Shown piece by piece: positions 25,241-39,135 of a DNA stretch of 64,000 nt. The notes beneath the pieces were generated by a model. That model made no database searches, was not told the origin of the DNA, and was given only the letters and a program-made list of their open reading frames with translations. A program made the position numbers and the translations under genes. Location of the stretch: the NCBI GenBank assembly GCA_030390025.1, contig JASTWF010000418.1, forward strand, positions 1-64,000. The letters are read 5' to 3'. Position 1 is the first letter of the stretch. The number at the start of each line of letters is the position of its first letter. This stretch comes from Squalus acanthias. Its lineage: Eukaryota.

Positions 25241-25665
25241 TGCCCACAGTCAGTCACTGACCAGCTCCCTGAGAGCGGCCGCAGGGTTAATCGAGACGAT
25301 GGAGGGGCTCCTCCGATCACTGTCAGTCCGTCTCACTCTCGCTCTGTTTACATCAGCTGTCCCGTGAGAGGGAAGATTCCGGCAATCACCAGATGTTTCA
25401 CTGTTGCTCAAAGAGGGAAGTGATTCACAAATAACGGAGACCAAAATAAATCGAAAGGGCATGAGATTTTTTATTGGCTGAGTGAGATAATGCTGTCCAA
25501 ACCGAAGCATTCCTCTCCATTCATTGGTCACCAGTCCCGGACACAGTTTCCTGTGTGTGATTGACAGGCTGAGGGACTTCCCTCATTAGCCAGAGGTGGT
25601 GAGGCTGGAGACTGAGGCTGGGCACAGCGGAGGGCACTGGGCAACGAGAGCGGACCCTGCCCTCC
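25241..25665. promoter_or_regulatory. Promoter-like island 1 in satellite
   Basis: Right part is near-identical to 21778-21935; GGGACTTCCC at 25573-25582, plus GGAAGTGA, GATAA, TGTTTAC and two CCAAT boxes. Confidence 0.55.
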
Positions 25666-28600
25666 GCTCAGTCCCACTGACCCTCAGTCCCTCTGACGCT
25701 CAGACCCTCTGACCCTCAGTCAGACTGACCCTCAGTCCCACTGACCCTCAGTCCCTCTGACCCTCAGTCTCTCTGACCCTCAGTCCCTCTGACCCTCACT
25801 CCCTCTGACCCTCAGTCCCTCTGACCCTCAGTCCCACTGACCCTCAGTCCCTCTGACCCTCAGTCCCTCTGACCCTCAGTCCCTCTAACCCTCACTCCCT
25901 CTGACCCTCAGTCCCTCTGACCCTCAGTCTCTCTGACCCTCAGTCCCTCTGACCCTCACTCCCTCTGACCCTCAGTCCCTCTGACCCTCAGTCCCACTGA
26001 CCCTCAGTCCCTCTGACCCTCAGCCCCTCTGACCCTCAGTCCCACTGACCCTCATTCCCTCAGTCTCTCTGACCCTCAGTCCCTCTGACCCTCAGTCCCA
26101 CTGAACCTCAGTCCCACTGACCCTCAGTCCCACTGACCCTCAGTCCCTCAGTCCCTCTGACCCTCAGTCCCTCTGACCCTCAGTCCCACTGACCCTCAGT
26201 CCCACTGACACTCAATCCCACTGACCCTCAGTCCCTCTGACCCTCAGTCCCTCTGACCCTCAGTCCCACTGACCCTCAGCCCCTCTGACCCTCAGTCCCA
26301 CTGACCCTCAGTCCCTCTGTCCCTCAGCCCCTCTGACCCTCAGTCCCACTGACCCTCATTCCCTCAGTCTCTCTGAACCTCAGTCCCTCTGACCCTCAGT
26401 CCCACTGACCCTCAGTCCCACTGACCCTCAGTCCCACTGACCCTCAGTCCCTCAGTCCCTCTGACCATCAGTCCCACTGACCCTCAGTCCCACTGACCCT
26501 CAGTCCCTCTGACACTCAGTCCCTCTGACCCTCAGTCCCACAGACCCTCAGTCCCTCTGACCCTCAGACCCTCTGACCCTCAGTCTCACTGACCCTCAGT
26601 CCCTCTGACCCTCAGTCCCACTGACCCTCAGTCCTACTGACACTCAGACCCTCCGACCCTCTGACCCTCAGTCCCACTGACCCTCAGTCCCTCAGACCCT
26701 CAGTCCCTCTGACCCTCAGTCCCTCTGACCCTCACTCACACTGATCCTCAGACCCTCTGACCCTCAGTCCCACTGACCCCCAGTCCCTCTGACCCCCAGT
26801 CCCTCTGACCCTCAGTCCCTCTGACACTCAGACCCTCTGACCCTCAGTCCCTCTGACCCTCAGTCCCACTGACCCTCAGTCCCACTGACCCTCAGTCCCT
26901 CTGACCCTCAGTCCCACTGACCCTCAGTCCCTCTGACCCTCAGTCCCTCTGACCCTCAGTCGCTCTGACCCTCAGTCCCTCTGACCCTCAGTCCCTCTGA
27001 CCCTCAGTCCCTCTGACCCTGAGTCCCACTGACCCTCAGTCCCTCTGACCCTCAGTCCCACTGACCCTCAGTCCCACTGACACTCAGTCCCACTGACCCT
27101 CAGACACTCTGACCCTCAGTCCCTCTGACCCTCAGTCTCTCTGACCCTCAGACCCTCTGACCCTCAGTCTCTCTGACCCTCAGTCCCTCTGATCCTCAGT
27201 CCCACTGACCCTCAGTCCAACTGACCCTCAGTCCCTCCGACCCTCAGACCCTCTGACCCTCATTCCCTCTGATCATCAGTCCCTCTGACCCTCAGTCCCT
27301 CTGACCCTCAGTCCCTCTGATCCTCAGACCCTCTTACCCTCAGTCCCTCTGACCCTCAGTCCCTCTGACCCCCAGTCCCACTGACACTCAGTCCCTCTGA
27401 CCCTCAGTCCCACTGACCCTCAGTCCCTCTGACCCTCAGTCCCTCTGACCCTCAGTCCATCTGATCATCACTCCCTCTGACCCTCAGTCCCACTGACCCT
27501 CTGACCCTCACTCCCTATGACACTCAGACCCTCTGACCCTCAGTCCCTCTGACCCTCAGTCCCTCTGATCCTCAGTCCCTCTGACTCTCAGTCCCTCAGA
27601 CACTCTGACCCTCAGTCCCACTGACGCTCAGTGCCACTGACCCTCAGACCCTCTGACCCTCAGTCCCTCTGACCCTCAGTCCCACTGACCCTCTGACCCT
27701 CACTCCCTATGACACTCAGACCCTCTGACCCTCAGTCCCTCTGACCCTCAGTCCCAGTGACCCTCAGTCCCTCTGACCCTCAGTCCCTCTGACCCTCAGT
27801 CCCACTGAGCATCTGACCCTCACTCCCTATGACCCTCAGTCCCACTGACCCTCAGTCCCTCTGATCCTCAGTCCCACTGACCCTCAGTCCATCTGACCCT
27901 CAGTCCCTCTGACCCTCAGTCCCTCTGATCCTCAGTCCCTCTGGCCCTCAGTCCCACTGACCCTCAGTCCCTCTGACTCTCAGTCCCACTGACCCTCAGT
28001 CCCTCTGACCCTCAGACCCTCAGTCCCACTGATACTCAGTCCCTCTGATCCTAAGTCCCTCTGAACTTCAGTCCCTCAGACCCTCAGTCCCTTTGACCCT
28101 CAGTCCCACTGACCCTCATTCCCTCTGACCCTCAGTCCCTCTGATCCTCAGTCCCACTGACCCTCAGTCCATCTGACCCTCAGTCCCTCTGACCCTCAGT
28201 CCCTCTGATCCTCAGTCCCTCTGGCCCTCAGTCCCACTGACCCTCAGTCCCTCTGACTCTCAGTCCCACTGACCCTCAGTCCCTCTGACCCTCAATCCCT
28301 CAGACCCTCAGTCCCACTGACACTCAGTCCCTCTGATCCTAAGTCCCTCTGAACTTCAGTCCCTCAGACCCTCAGTCCCTTTGACCCTCAGTCCCACTGA
28401 CCCTCATTCCCTCTGACCCTCAGTCCCTCTGACCCTCAGTCCCTCCGTCCACCTGACCATCACTCCCTCTGGCCCTCAGTCCCGCTGACCCTCAGTCCCT
28501 CTGACCCTCAGTCCCTCCGACCCTCAGTCCCACTGACCCTCAGTCCCACTGACCCTCAGTCCCTCTGACCCTCAGTCCCTCTGACCCTCAGTCCCTCTGA

Positions 28601-29542
28601 CTCTCAGTCCCTCCGACCCTCAGTCCCACTGACCCTCTGTCCCTCCGACCCACAGTACCTCTGACCCTCAGTCCCTCTGACCCTCAGTCCCTCTGACCCA
28701 CAGTCTCACTGTTCCTCAGTCCCTCCAACCCTCAGTCCCATTGACCCTCAGTACCATTGACCCTCAGTCCCTCTAACCCTCAGTCCATCAGACCCTCAAC
28801 CCATTGACCCTCAGTCCCTCTGACCCTCACTCCCTCTGACCCCCTGTCCCTCTGACCCTCAGTCCCTCTGACAATCAGTCCATCTGATCATCACTCCCTC
28901 TGACCCTCAGTCCCACTGACCCTCAGTCCCTCTGACCCTCAGTCCCGCTTAACCTCAGTCCCTCTGACCCACAGTCCCTCTGACCATCAGTCCATCTGAT
29001 CATCACTCCCTCTGACCCTCAGTCCCACTGACCCTCAGTCCCTCTGACCCTCAGTCCCACTGACCCTCAGTCCCTCTGACCCTCAGTCCCTCTGACCCTC
29101 AGCCCCTCTGACCCTCAGTCCCTCTGACCCTCAGTCCCTCCGACCCTCAGTCCCTCTGACCCTCAGTCCCACTGACCCTCTGACCCTCTGACCCTCAGTC
29201 CCACTGACCCTCAGTCCCTCTGACCCTCAGTCCCTCTGACCCTCAGCCCCTCTGACCCTCAGTCCCTCTGACCCTCAGCCCCTCTGACCCTCAGCCCCTC
29301 TGACCCTCAGTCCCTCTGACCCTCTGACCCTCTGACCCTCAGTCCCTCTGACCCTCAGTCCCACTGACCCTCAGTCCCTCCGACCCTCAATCTCACTGAC
29401 CCTCAGTCCCACTGACCCTCAGTCCCTCTGACCCTCAGCCCCTCTGACCCTCAGTCCCTCAGTCCGTCTGATCATCACTCCCTCTGACCCTCAGTCTCAC
29501 TGACCCTCAGTCCCTCTGACCCTCAGTCCCACTGACCATCAG

Positions 29543-29968
29543 TGCCCACAGTCAGTCACTGACCAGCTCCCTGAGAGCGGCCGCAGGGGTAATCGAGACG
29601 ATGGAGAGGCTCCTCCGATCACTGTCAGTCCGTCTCACTCTCGCTCTGTTTACATCAGCTGTCCCGTGAGAGGCAGATTCCGGCAATCACCAGAAGTTTC
29701 ACTGTTGCTCAAAGAGGGAAGTGATTCACAAATAACGGAGACCAAAATAAATCGAAAGGGCATGAGATTTTTTATTGGCTGAGTGAGATAATGCTGTCCA
29801 AACCGAAGCATTCCTCTCCATTCATTGGTCACCAGTCCCGGACACAGTTTCCTGTGTGTGATTGACAGGCTGAGGGACTTCCCTCATTAGCCAGAGGTGG
29901 TGAGGCTGGAGACTGAGGCTGGGCACAGCGGAGGGCACTGGGCAACGAGAGCGGACCCTGCCCTCCCC
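29543..29968. promoter_or_regulatory. Promoter-like island 2 in satellite
   Basis: Near-identical to island 1; kB motif at 29874. Confidence 0.55.
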
Positions 29969-32900
29969 TCAGACCCTCTGACCCTCAGTCCCACTGACAC
30001 TCAGTCCCTCTGACCCTCAGTCCCTCTGACCCTCAGTCCCACTGACCCTCATTCCCTCTGACCCTCAGTCTCACTGACCATCAGTCCCACTGACCCTCAG
30101 TCCCTCAGTCCCTCTGACCCTCAGTCCCACTGACCCTCAGTACCACTGACCCTCAGTCCCTCAGTCCCTCTGACACTCAGTCCCTCTGACCCTCAGTCCC
30201 ACAGACCCTCAGTCTCACTGACCCTCAGTCCCTCTGACCCTCAGTCCCACTGACCCTCAGTCTCACTGACCCTCAGTCCCTCTGACCCTCAGTCCCACTG
30301 ACCCTCAGTCCTACTGACACTCAGACCCTCCGACCCTCTGACCCTCAGTCCCACTGACCCTCAGTCCCTCAGACCCTCAGTCCCTCTGACCCTCAGTCCC
30401 TCTGACCCTCACTCACACTGATCCTCAGACCCTCTGACCCTCAGTCCCACTGACCCCCAGTCCTTCTGACCCCCAGTCCCTCTGACCCTCAGTCCCTCTG
30501 ACACTCAGACCCTCTGACCCACAGTCCCTCTGACCCTCAGTCCCACTGACCCTCAGTCCCTCTGATCCTCAGACCCTCTGAACCACAGTCCCTCTGACCC
30601 TCAGTCCCTCTGACCCTCAGTCCCTCTGATCCTCAGTCCCACTGACACTCAGTCCCTGTGACCCTCAGTCCCTCTGACCCTCAGTCCCAATGATCCTCAG
30701 TCCCTCTGACCCTCAGTCCCTCTGATCCTCAGTCCCACTGACACTCAGTCCCTGTGATCCTCAGTCCCTCTGACCCTCAGTCCCACTGACCCTCTGACCC
30801 TCACTCCCTATGACACTCAGACCCTCTGACCCTCAGTCCCTCTGACCCTCAGTCCCTCTGATCCTCAGTCCCTCTGACCCTCAGTCCCTCTGACACTCAG
30901 TCCCTCTGACCCTCAGTCCCTCTGACCCTCAGTCCCTCTGACCCTCAGTCCCTCCGTCCACCTGACCATCACTCCCTCTGGCCCTCAATCCCGCTGACCC
31001 TCAGTCCCTCTGACCCACAGTCCCACTGACCATCAGTCCCTCTGACCCTCAGTCCCTCTGACCCTCAGTCCCACTGACCCTCAGTCCCTCTGACCCTCAG
31101 TCCCACTGACCATCAGTCCCACTGACCCTCAGTCCCTCTGACCCTCATTCTCACTGACCCACAGTACTTCTGACCCTCAGTCCCTCTGACCCTCAGTCCC
31201 TCTGACCCTCAGTCCCACTGACCCTCAGTCCCTCTGACCCTCAATCCCTCTGACCCTCAATCCCTCTGACCCTCAGTCCCACTGACACTCAGTCCCTCTG
31301 ATCCTAAGTCCCTCTGACCCTCAGTCCCTCTGACGCTCAGTCCCTCTGACCCTCAGTCCATTGACCCTCACTCCCTTGACCCTCAGTCCCACTGACCCTC
31401 AGTCCCTCTGACCCTCAGTCCCTCTGACGCTCCGTCCCTCTGACCCTCAGTCCCTTGACCCTCACTCCCTTGACCCTCAGTCCCTCTGACCCTCAGTCCC
31501 TCTGACCCTCAGTCCCTCTGACGCTCAGTCCCTCTGACCCTCACTCCCTCTGACCCCCAGTCCCTCTGACCATCAGTCCATCTGATCATCACTCCCTCTG
31601 ACCCTCAGTCCCGCTTAACCTCAGTCTCTCTGACCATCAGTCCATCTGATCATCACTCCCTCTGACCCTCAGTCCCTCTGACCCTCAGTCCCTCTAACGC
31701 TCCGTCCCTCTGACCCTCAGTCCCTTGACCCTCACTCCCTTGACCCTCAGTCCCTCAGTCCCTCAGTCCCTCTGACCCTCAGTCCCACTGACCCTCAGTC
31801 CCTCTGAACCTAAGTCCCTCTGACCCTCAGTCCCTCCGACCCTCAGTCCCTCTGACCCTCAGTCCCACTGACCCTCAGTCCCTCTGACCCTCAGTCCCTC
31901 TGACCCTCAGTCCCTCTGACCCTCAGTCCATCTGATCATCACTCCCTCTGACCCTCAGTCCCACTGACCCTCAGTCCCTCTGACCCTCAGTCCCTCTGAC
32001 CCTCAGTCCCACTGACCCACAGTCCCTCTGACCCTCCGTCCCTCTGACCCTCAGTCCCACTGACCCTCAGTCCCTCTGACCCTCAATCCCTCTGACCCTC
32101 AGTCCCACTGACACTCAGTCCCTCTGATCCTAAGTCCCTCTGACCCTCAGTCCCACTGACCCTCAGTCCCTCTGACCCTCAATCCCTCTGACCCTCAGTC
32201 CCACTGACACTCAGTCCCTCTGATCCTAAATCCCTCTGACCCTCAGTCCCTCTGACGCTCAGTCCCTCTGACCCTCAGTCCCTTGACCCTCAGTCCCTCT
32301 GACCCTCAGTCCCTCTGACCCTCAGTCCCTCTGACCCTCAGTCCCGCTGATCCTCAGTCCCACTGACACTCAGTCCCTGTGATCCTCAGTCCCACTGACC
32401 CTCAGTCCCTCTGACACTCAGTCCCTCTGACCCTCAGTCCCTCTGACCCTCAGTCCCTCTGACCCTCAGTCCCTCTGACACTCAGTCCCTCTGACCCTCA
32501 GTCCCTCTGACCCTCAGTCCCTCTGACCCTCAGTCCCTCCGTCCACCTGACCATCACTCCCTCTGGCCCTCAATCCCGCTGACCCTCAGTCCCTCTGACC
32601 CTCAGTCCCACTGACCATCAGTCCCTCTGACCCTCAGTCCCTCTGACCCTCAGTCCCACTGACCCTCAGTCCCTCTGACCCTCAGTCCCTTGACCCTCAC
32701 TCCCTTGACCCTCAGTCCCACTGACCCTCAGTCCCTCTGACCCTCAGTCCCTCTGACGCTCCGTCCCTCTGACCCTCAGTCCCTTGACCCTCACTCCCTT
32801 GACCCTCAGTCCCTCTGACCCTCAGTCCCTCTGACCCTCAGTCCCTCTGACGCTCAGTCCCTCTGACCCTCACTCCCTCTGACCCCCAGTCCCTCTGACC

Positions 32901-35900
32901 CTCAGTCCCTCTGACCCTTAGTCCCTCTGACCATCAGTCCATCTGATCATCACTCCCTCTGACCCTCAGTCCCGCTTAACCTCAGTCCCTCTGACCATCA
33001 GTCCATCTGATCATCACTCACTCTGACCCTCAGTCCCTCTGACCCTCAGTCCCTCTGACGCTCCGTCCCTCTGACCCTCAGTCCCTTGACCCTCACTCCC
33101 TTGACCCTCAGTCCCTCTGACCCTCAGTCCCTCTGACCCTCAGTCCCTCTGATCCTCAGTCCCTCTGACCCTCAGTGCCTCCGACCCTCAGTCCCTCTGA
33201 CCCGCAGTCCCTCTGACCCTCAGTCCATCTGATCATCACTCCCTCTGACCCTCAGTCCCACTGACCCTCAGTCCCTCTGAACCTCAGTCCCTCTGACCCT
33301 CAGTCCCTCCGACCCTCAGTCCCTCTGACCCTCAGTCCCACTGACCCTCAGTCCCTCTGACCCTCAGTCCCTCTGACCCTCAGTCCCTCTGACCCTCAGT
33401 CCATCTGATCATCACTCCCTCTGACCCTCAGTCCCACTGACCCTCAGTCCCTCTGACCCTCAGTCCCTCTGACCCTCAGTCCCACTGACCCTCAGTCCCT
33501 CTGACCCTCAATCCCTCTGACCCTCAGTCCCACTGACACTCAGTCCCTCTGATCCTAAGTCCCTCTGACCCTCAGTCCCTCTGACGCTCAGTCCCTCTGA
33601 CCCTCAGTCCCTTGACCCTCACTCCCTTGACCCTCAGTCCCTCTGACCCTCAGTCCCTCTGACCCTCAGTCCCTCTGACGCTCAGTCCCTCTGACCCTCA
33701 CTCCCTCTGACCCCCAGTCCCTCTGACCCTCAGTCCCTCTGACCCTCAGTCCCTCTGACCATCAGTCCATCTGATCATCACTCCCTCTGACCCTCAGTCC
33801 CGCTTAACCTCAGTCCCTCTGACGATCAGTCCATCTGATCATCACTCCCTCTGACCCTCAGTCCCTCTGACCCTCAGTCCCTCTGACGCTCCGTCCCTCT
33901 GACCCTCAGTCCCTTGACCCTCAGTCCCTTGACCCTCAGTCCCTCTGACCCTCAGTCCCTCTGACCCTCAGTCCCTCTGATCCTCAGTCCCTCTGACCCT
34001 CAGTGCCTCCGACCCTCAGTCCCTCTGACCCGCAGTCCCTCTGACCCTCAGTCCATCTGATCATCACTCCCTCTGACCCTCAGTCCCACTGACCCTCAGT
34101 CCCTCTGAACCTCAGTCCCTCTGACCCTCAGTCCCTCCGACCCTCAGTCCCTCTGACCCTCAGTCCCACTGACCCTCAGTCCCTCTGACCCTCAGTCCCT
34201 CTGACCCTCAGTCCCTCTGACCCTCAGTCCCTCTGATCCTCAGTCCCACTGACACTCAGTCCCTGTGATCCTCAGTCCCTCTGACCCTCAGTCCCACTGA
34301 CCCTCTGACCCTCACTCCCTATGACACTCAGACCCTCTGACCCTCAGTCCCTCTGACCCTCAGTCCCTCTGATCCTCAGTCCCTCTGACCCTCAGTCCCT
34401 CTGACACTCAGTCCCTCTGACCCTCAGTCCCTCTGACCCTCAGCCCCTCTGACCCTCAGTCCCTCCGTCCACCTGACCATCACTCCCTCTGGCCCTCAAT
34501 CCCGCTGACCCTCAGTCCCTCTGACCCTCAGTCCCACTGACCATCAGTCCCTCTGACCCTCAGTCCCTCTGGCCCTCAGTCCCACTGACCCTCAGTCCCT
34601 CTGACCCTCAGTCCCACTGACCCTCAGTCCCACTGACCCTCAATCTCTCTGACCCTCAGTCCCACTGACACTCAGTCCCACTGATCCTAAGTCCCTCTGA
34701 CCCTCAGTCCCTCTGACGCTCAGTCCCTCTGACTCTCAGTCCCTTGACCCTCACTCCCTTGACCCTCAGTCCCACTGACCCTCACTCCCTTGACCCTCAG
34801 TCCCTCTGACCCTCTGACCCTCAGTCCCTCTGACCCTCAGTCCCTCTGACCCTCAGTCCCTCTAACTCTCAGTCCCTCCGACCCTCAGTCCCACTGACCC
34901 TCAGTCCCTCTGATCCTCAGTCCCACTGACCCTCTGTCCCTCCGACCCACAGTACCTCTGACCCTCAATCCCTCTGACCCTCAGTCCCTCTGACACACAG
35001 TCCCTCTGACCCTCACTCCCTCTGACCCCCAGTCCCTCTGACCCTCAGTCCCTCTGACCCTCAGTCCCTCTGACCCTCAGTCCCTCTGAAAATCAGTCCA
35101 GCTGATCATCACTCCCTCTGACCCTCAGTCCCGCTTAACCTCAGTCCCTCTGACCATCAGTCCATCTGATCATCACTCCCTCTGACCCTCAGTCCCACTG
35201 ACCCTCAGTCCCTCTGACCCTCAGTCCCTCTGACCCTCAGTCCCTCAGATCCTCAGACCCTCTGACCCTCAGTGCCTCCGACCCTCAGTCCCTCTGACCC
35301 GCAATCCCTCTGACCCTCAGTCCATCTGATCATCACTCCCTCTGACCCTCAGTCCCACTGACCCTCAGTCCCTCTGAACCTCAGTCCCTCTGACCCTCAG
35401 TTCCTCCGACCCTCAGTCCCTCTGACCCTCAGTCCCACTGACCCTCAGTCCTACTGACACTCAGACACTCCGACCCTCTGACCCTCAGTCCCACTGACCA
35501 TCAGTCCCTCAGACCCTCAGTCCCTCTGACCCTCAGTCCCTCTGACCCTCAGAGACTCTGACCCTCAGTCCCTCTGACCCTCAGTCCCTCTGACCCTCAC
35601 TCACACTGATCCTCAGACCCTCTAACCCTCAGTCCCACTGACCCCCAGTCCCTCTGACCCTCAGTCCCTCTGACCCACAGTCCCTCTGACCCTCAGAGAC
35701 TCTGACCCTCAGTCCCTCTGACCCTCAGTCCCTCTGACCCTCAGTCCCACTGACAGTCAGTCCCTCTGATTCTTAGACCCTCTGACCCACAGTCCCTCTG
35801 ACCCTCAGTCAGACTGACCCTCAGTCCCTCAGACCCTCTGACCCTCAGTCCCACTGACGCTCAGTGCCACTGACCCTCAGACCCTCTGACCCTCAGTCCC

Positions 35901-38708
35901 TCTGACCCTCAGTCCCTCTGACCCTCAGTCCGACTGACCCTCTGACCCTCACTCCCTATGACACTCAGACCCTCTGACCCTCAGTCCCTCTGACCCTCAG
36001 TCCCTCTGACCCTCAGTCCGACTGACCCTCTGACCCTCACTCCCTATGACACTCAGACCCTCTGACCCTCAGACCCTCTGACCCTCAGTCCCTCTGACCC
36101 TCAGTCCCTCTGACCCTCAGTCCGACTGACCCTCTGACCCTCACTCCCTATGACACTCAGTCCCTCTGACCCTCAGTCCCTCTGACACTCAGTCCCTCTG
36201 ACCCTCAGTCCCACCGACCCTCAGTCACTCTGACCCTCAGTCCCACTGACCCTCAGTCCCTCTGACCCTCAGTCCCTCTGACCCCCAGTCTCACTGACCC
36301 TCAGTCCCTCTGACCCTCAATCCCGCTGACCCTCAGCCCCTCTGACCCTCAGTCCCTCTGACCCTCAGTTCCTCCGAACCTCAGTCCCTCTGACCCTCAG
36401 TCCCTCTGACCCACAGTCCCTCTGACCCACAGTCCCTCTGACCCTCAGCCCCTCTGACCCTCAGTCCCTCAGTCCGTCTGATCATCACTCCCTCTGACCC
36501 TCAGTTCCTCCGAACCTCAGTCCCTCTGACCCTCAGTCCCTCTGACCCTCAGTCCCTCTGACCCACAGTCCCTCTGACCCTCCCTCCCACTGACCCACAG
36601 TCCCGCTGACCCTCAGTCCCACTGACTCTCAGTCCCTCTGACCCTCAGTCCCACTGACTCTCAGTCCCTCTGACCCTCAGTCCCACTGACCCTCAGTCCC
36701 ACTGACCCTCAGTCCCACTGACCCTCAGTCCCTCTGACCCTCAGTCCCTCTGACCCTCAGTCCCTCTGACCCTCAGTCCCTCTGACCCTCATTCCCACTG
36801 ACCCTCAGTCCCTCCGACCCTCAGACCCTCTGACCCTCAGTCCCTCTGACCCTCAGTCCCTCTGACCCTCAGTCCCTCTGACCCTCATTCCCACTGACCC
36901 TCAGACCCTCTGACCCTCAGTCCCTCTGACCCTCAGTCCCTCTGATCCTCAGACCCTCTGACCCTCAGTCCCTCTGACCCTCAGTCCCTCTGATCCTCAG
37001 TCCCTCTGACACTCAAACCCGCTGACCCTCACTCCCTCTGACCCTCAGTCCCTCAGATCATCACTCCCACTGACCCTCAGTCCCTCTGACCCTCAGTCCC
37101 ACTGACCCTCAGTCCCACTGACACTCAGTCCCACTGACGCTCCGTCCCTCTGACCCTCAGTCCCTCTGACCCTCAGTCCCACAGACCCTCAGTCACTCTG
37201 ACCCTCAGTCCCTCTGACCCTCAGTCCCTCTGACCCTCAGTCCCACTGACCCTCAGTCCCTCCGACCCTCAGTCCCTCTAACTCTCAGTCCCTCTGACGC
37301 TCAGTCCCTCTGACCCTCAGTCCATCAGACCCTCAACCCATTGACCCTCAGTCCCTCTGACCCTCACTCCCTCTGACCCCCTGTCCCTCTGACCCTCAGT
37401 CCCTCTGACCCTCAGCCCCTCTGACAATCAGTCCATCTGATCATCACTCCCTCTGACCCTCAGTCCCACTGACACTCAGTCCCTCTGACCCTCAGTCCCT
37501 CCGACCCTCAGTTCCACTGACACTCAGTCCCTCTGACCCTCAGTCCCTCTGACACTCAGTCCCTCTGACACTCAGTCCCTCTGACCCTCAGTCCCACCGA
37601 CCCTCAGTCCCTCTGATCCTCAGTCCCACTGACCCTCAGTCCCTCTGACCCTCAGTCCCACTGACCCTCAGTCCCTCCGACCCTCAGTCCCTCTGACCCT
37701 CAGTCCCTCTGACCCTCAGTCTCACTGACCCTCAGTCCCTCTGACCATCAGTCCCTCCGACCCTCAGTTCCTCTGACCCTCAGTCCCTCTTAAACTGAGT
37801 CCCACTGACCCTCAGTCCCTCTGACCCTCAGTCCCTCTGACCCTCACTCCCTTGACCCTCAGTCCCTCTGACCCTCAGTCCCTCTGACCCTCAGTCCCAC
37901 TGACCCTCAGTCCCTCTGACCCTCAGTCCCACTGACCCTCAGTCCCTCTGACCCTCAGTCCCACTGACCCTCAGTCCCTCTGACCCTCAGTCCCACTGAC
38001 CCTCAGTCCCACTGACCCTCAGTCCCACTGACCCTCAGTCCCTCTGACCCTCAGTCCCTCTGACCCTCAGTCCCTCTGACCCTCAGTCCCTCCGACCCTC
38101 AGTCCCTCTGACCCTCAGTCCCACTGACCCTCAGTCCCTCCGACCCTCAGTCCCTCTGACCCTCAGTCCCTCTGACCCTCATTCTCTCTGACCCTCAGTC
38201 CCTCTGACCCTCAGTCCCTCTGACCCTCAGTCCCTCTGACCCTCAGTCCCTTGACCCTCACTCCATTGACCCTCAGACCCTCTGACCCTCAGTCCCTCTG
38301 ACCCTCAGTCCCTCTGACCCTCAGACCCTCTGACCCTCAGTCCCTCTGACCCTCAGTCCCTCCGACCCTCAGTCCCTCTGACCCTCAGTCCCTCCGACCC
38401 TCAGTCCCTCTGACCCTCAGTCCCTCTGACCCTCAGTCCCTCTGACCCTCAGTCCCTCTGACCCTCAGACCCTCTGACCCTCAGTCCCTCTGACCCTCAG
38501 TCCCTCTGACCCTCAGTCCCTCTGACCCTCAGTCCCCCTGACCCTCAGTCCCTCTGACCCTCAGTCCCTCTGACCCTCAGTCCCTCTGACCCTCAGTCCC
38601 TCTGACCCTCAGTCCCTCTGACCCTCAGTCCCCCTGACCCTCAGTCCCTCTGACCCTCAGTCCCTCTGACCCTCTGTCCCTCTGACCCTCAGTCCCACTG
38701 ACCATCAG

Positions 38709-39135
38709 TGCCCACAGTCAGTCACTGACCAGCTCCCTGAGAGCGGCCGCAGGGGTAATCAAGACGATGGAGGGGCTCCTCCGATCACTGTCAGTCCGTC
38801 TCACTCTCGCTCTGTTTACATCAGCTATCCCGTGAGAGGGAAGATTCCGGAAATCACCAGAAGTTTCACTGTTGCTCAAAGAGGGAAGTGATTCACAAAT
38901 AACGGAGAGCAAAATAAATAGAAAGGGCACGAGATTTTTTATTGGCTGAGTGAGATAATGCTGTCCAAACCGAAGCATTCCTGTCCATTCATTGGTCACC
39001 AGTCCCGGACTCCGTTTCCTGTGTGTGATTGACAGGCTGAGGGACTTCCCTCATTAGCCAGAGGTGGTGAGGCTGGAGACTGAGGCTGGGCACAGCGGAG
39101 GGCACTGGGCAACGAGAGCGGACCCTGCCCTCCCC
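38709..39135. promoter_or_regulatory. Promoter-like island 3 in satellite
   Basis: Slightly more diverged copy; kB motif at 39041. Confidence 0.55.

Noticed and set aside
25250-25531. 93-aa ORF in the islands
   Set aside because: Frameshifted in island 2, non-ATG start and no recognisable domain.
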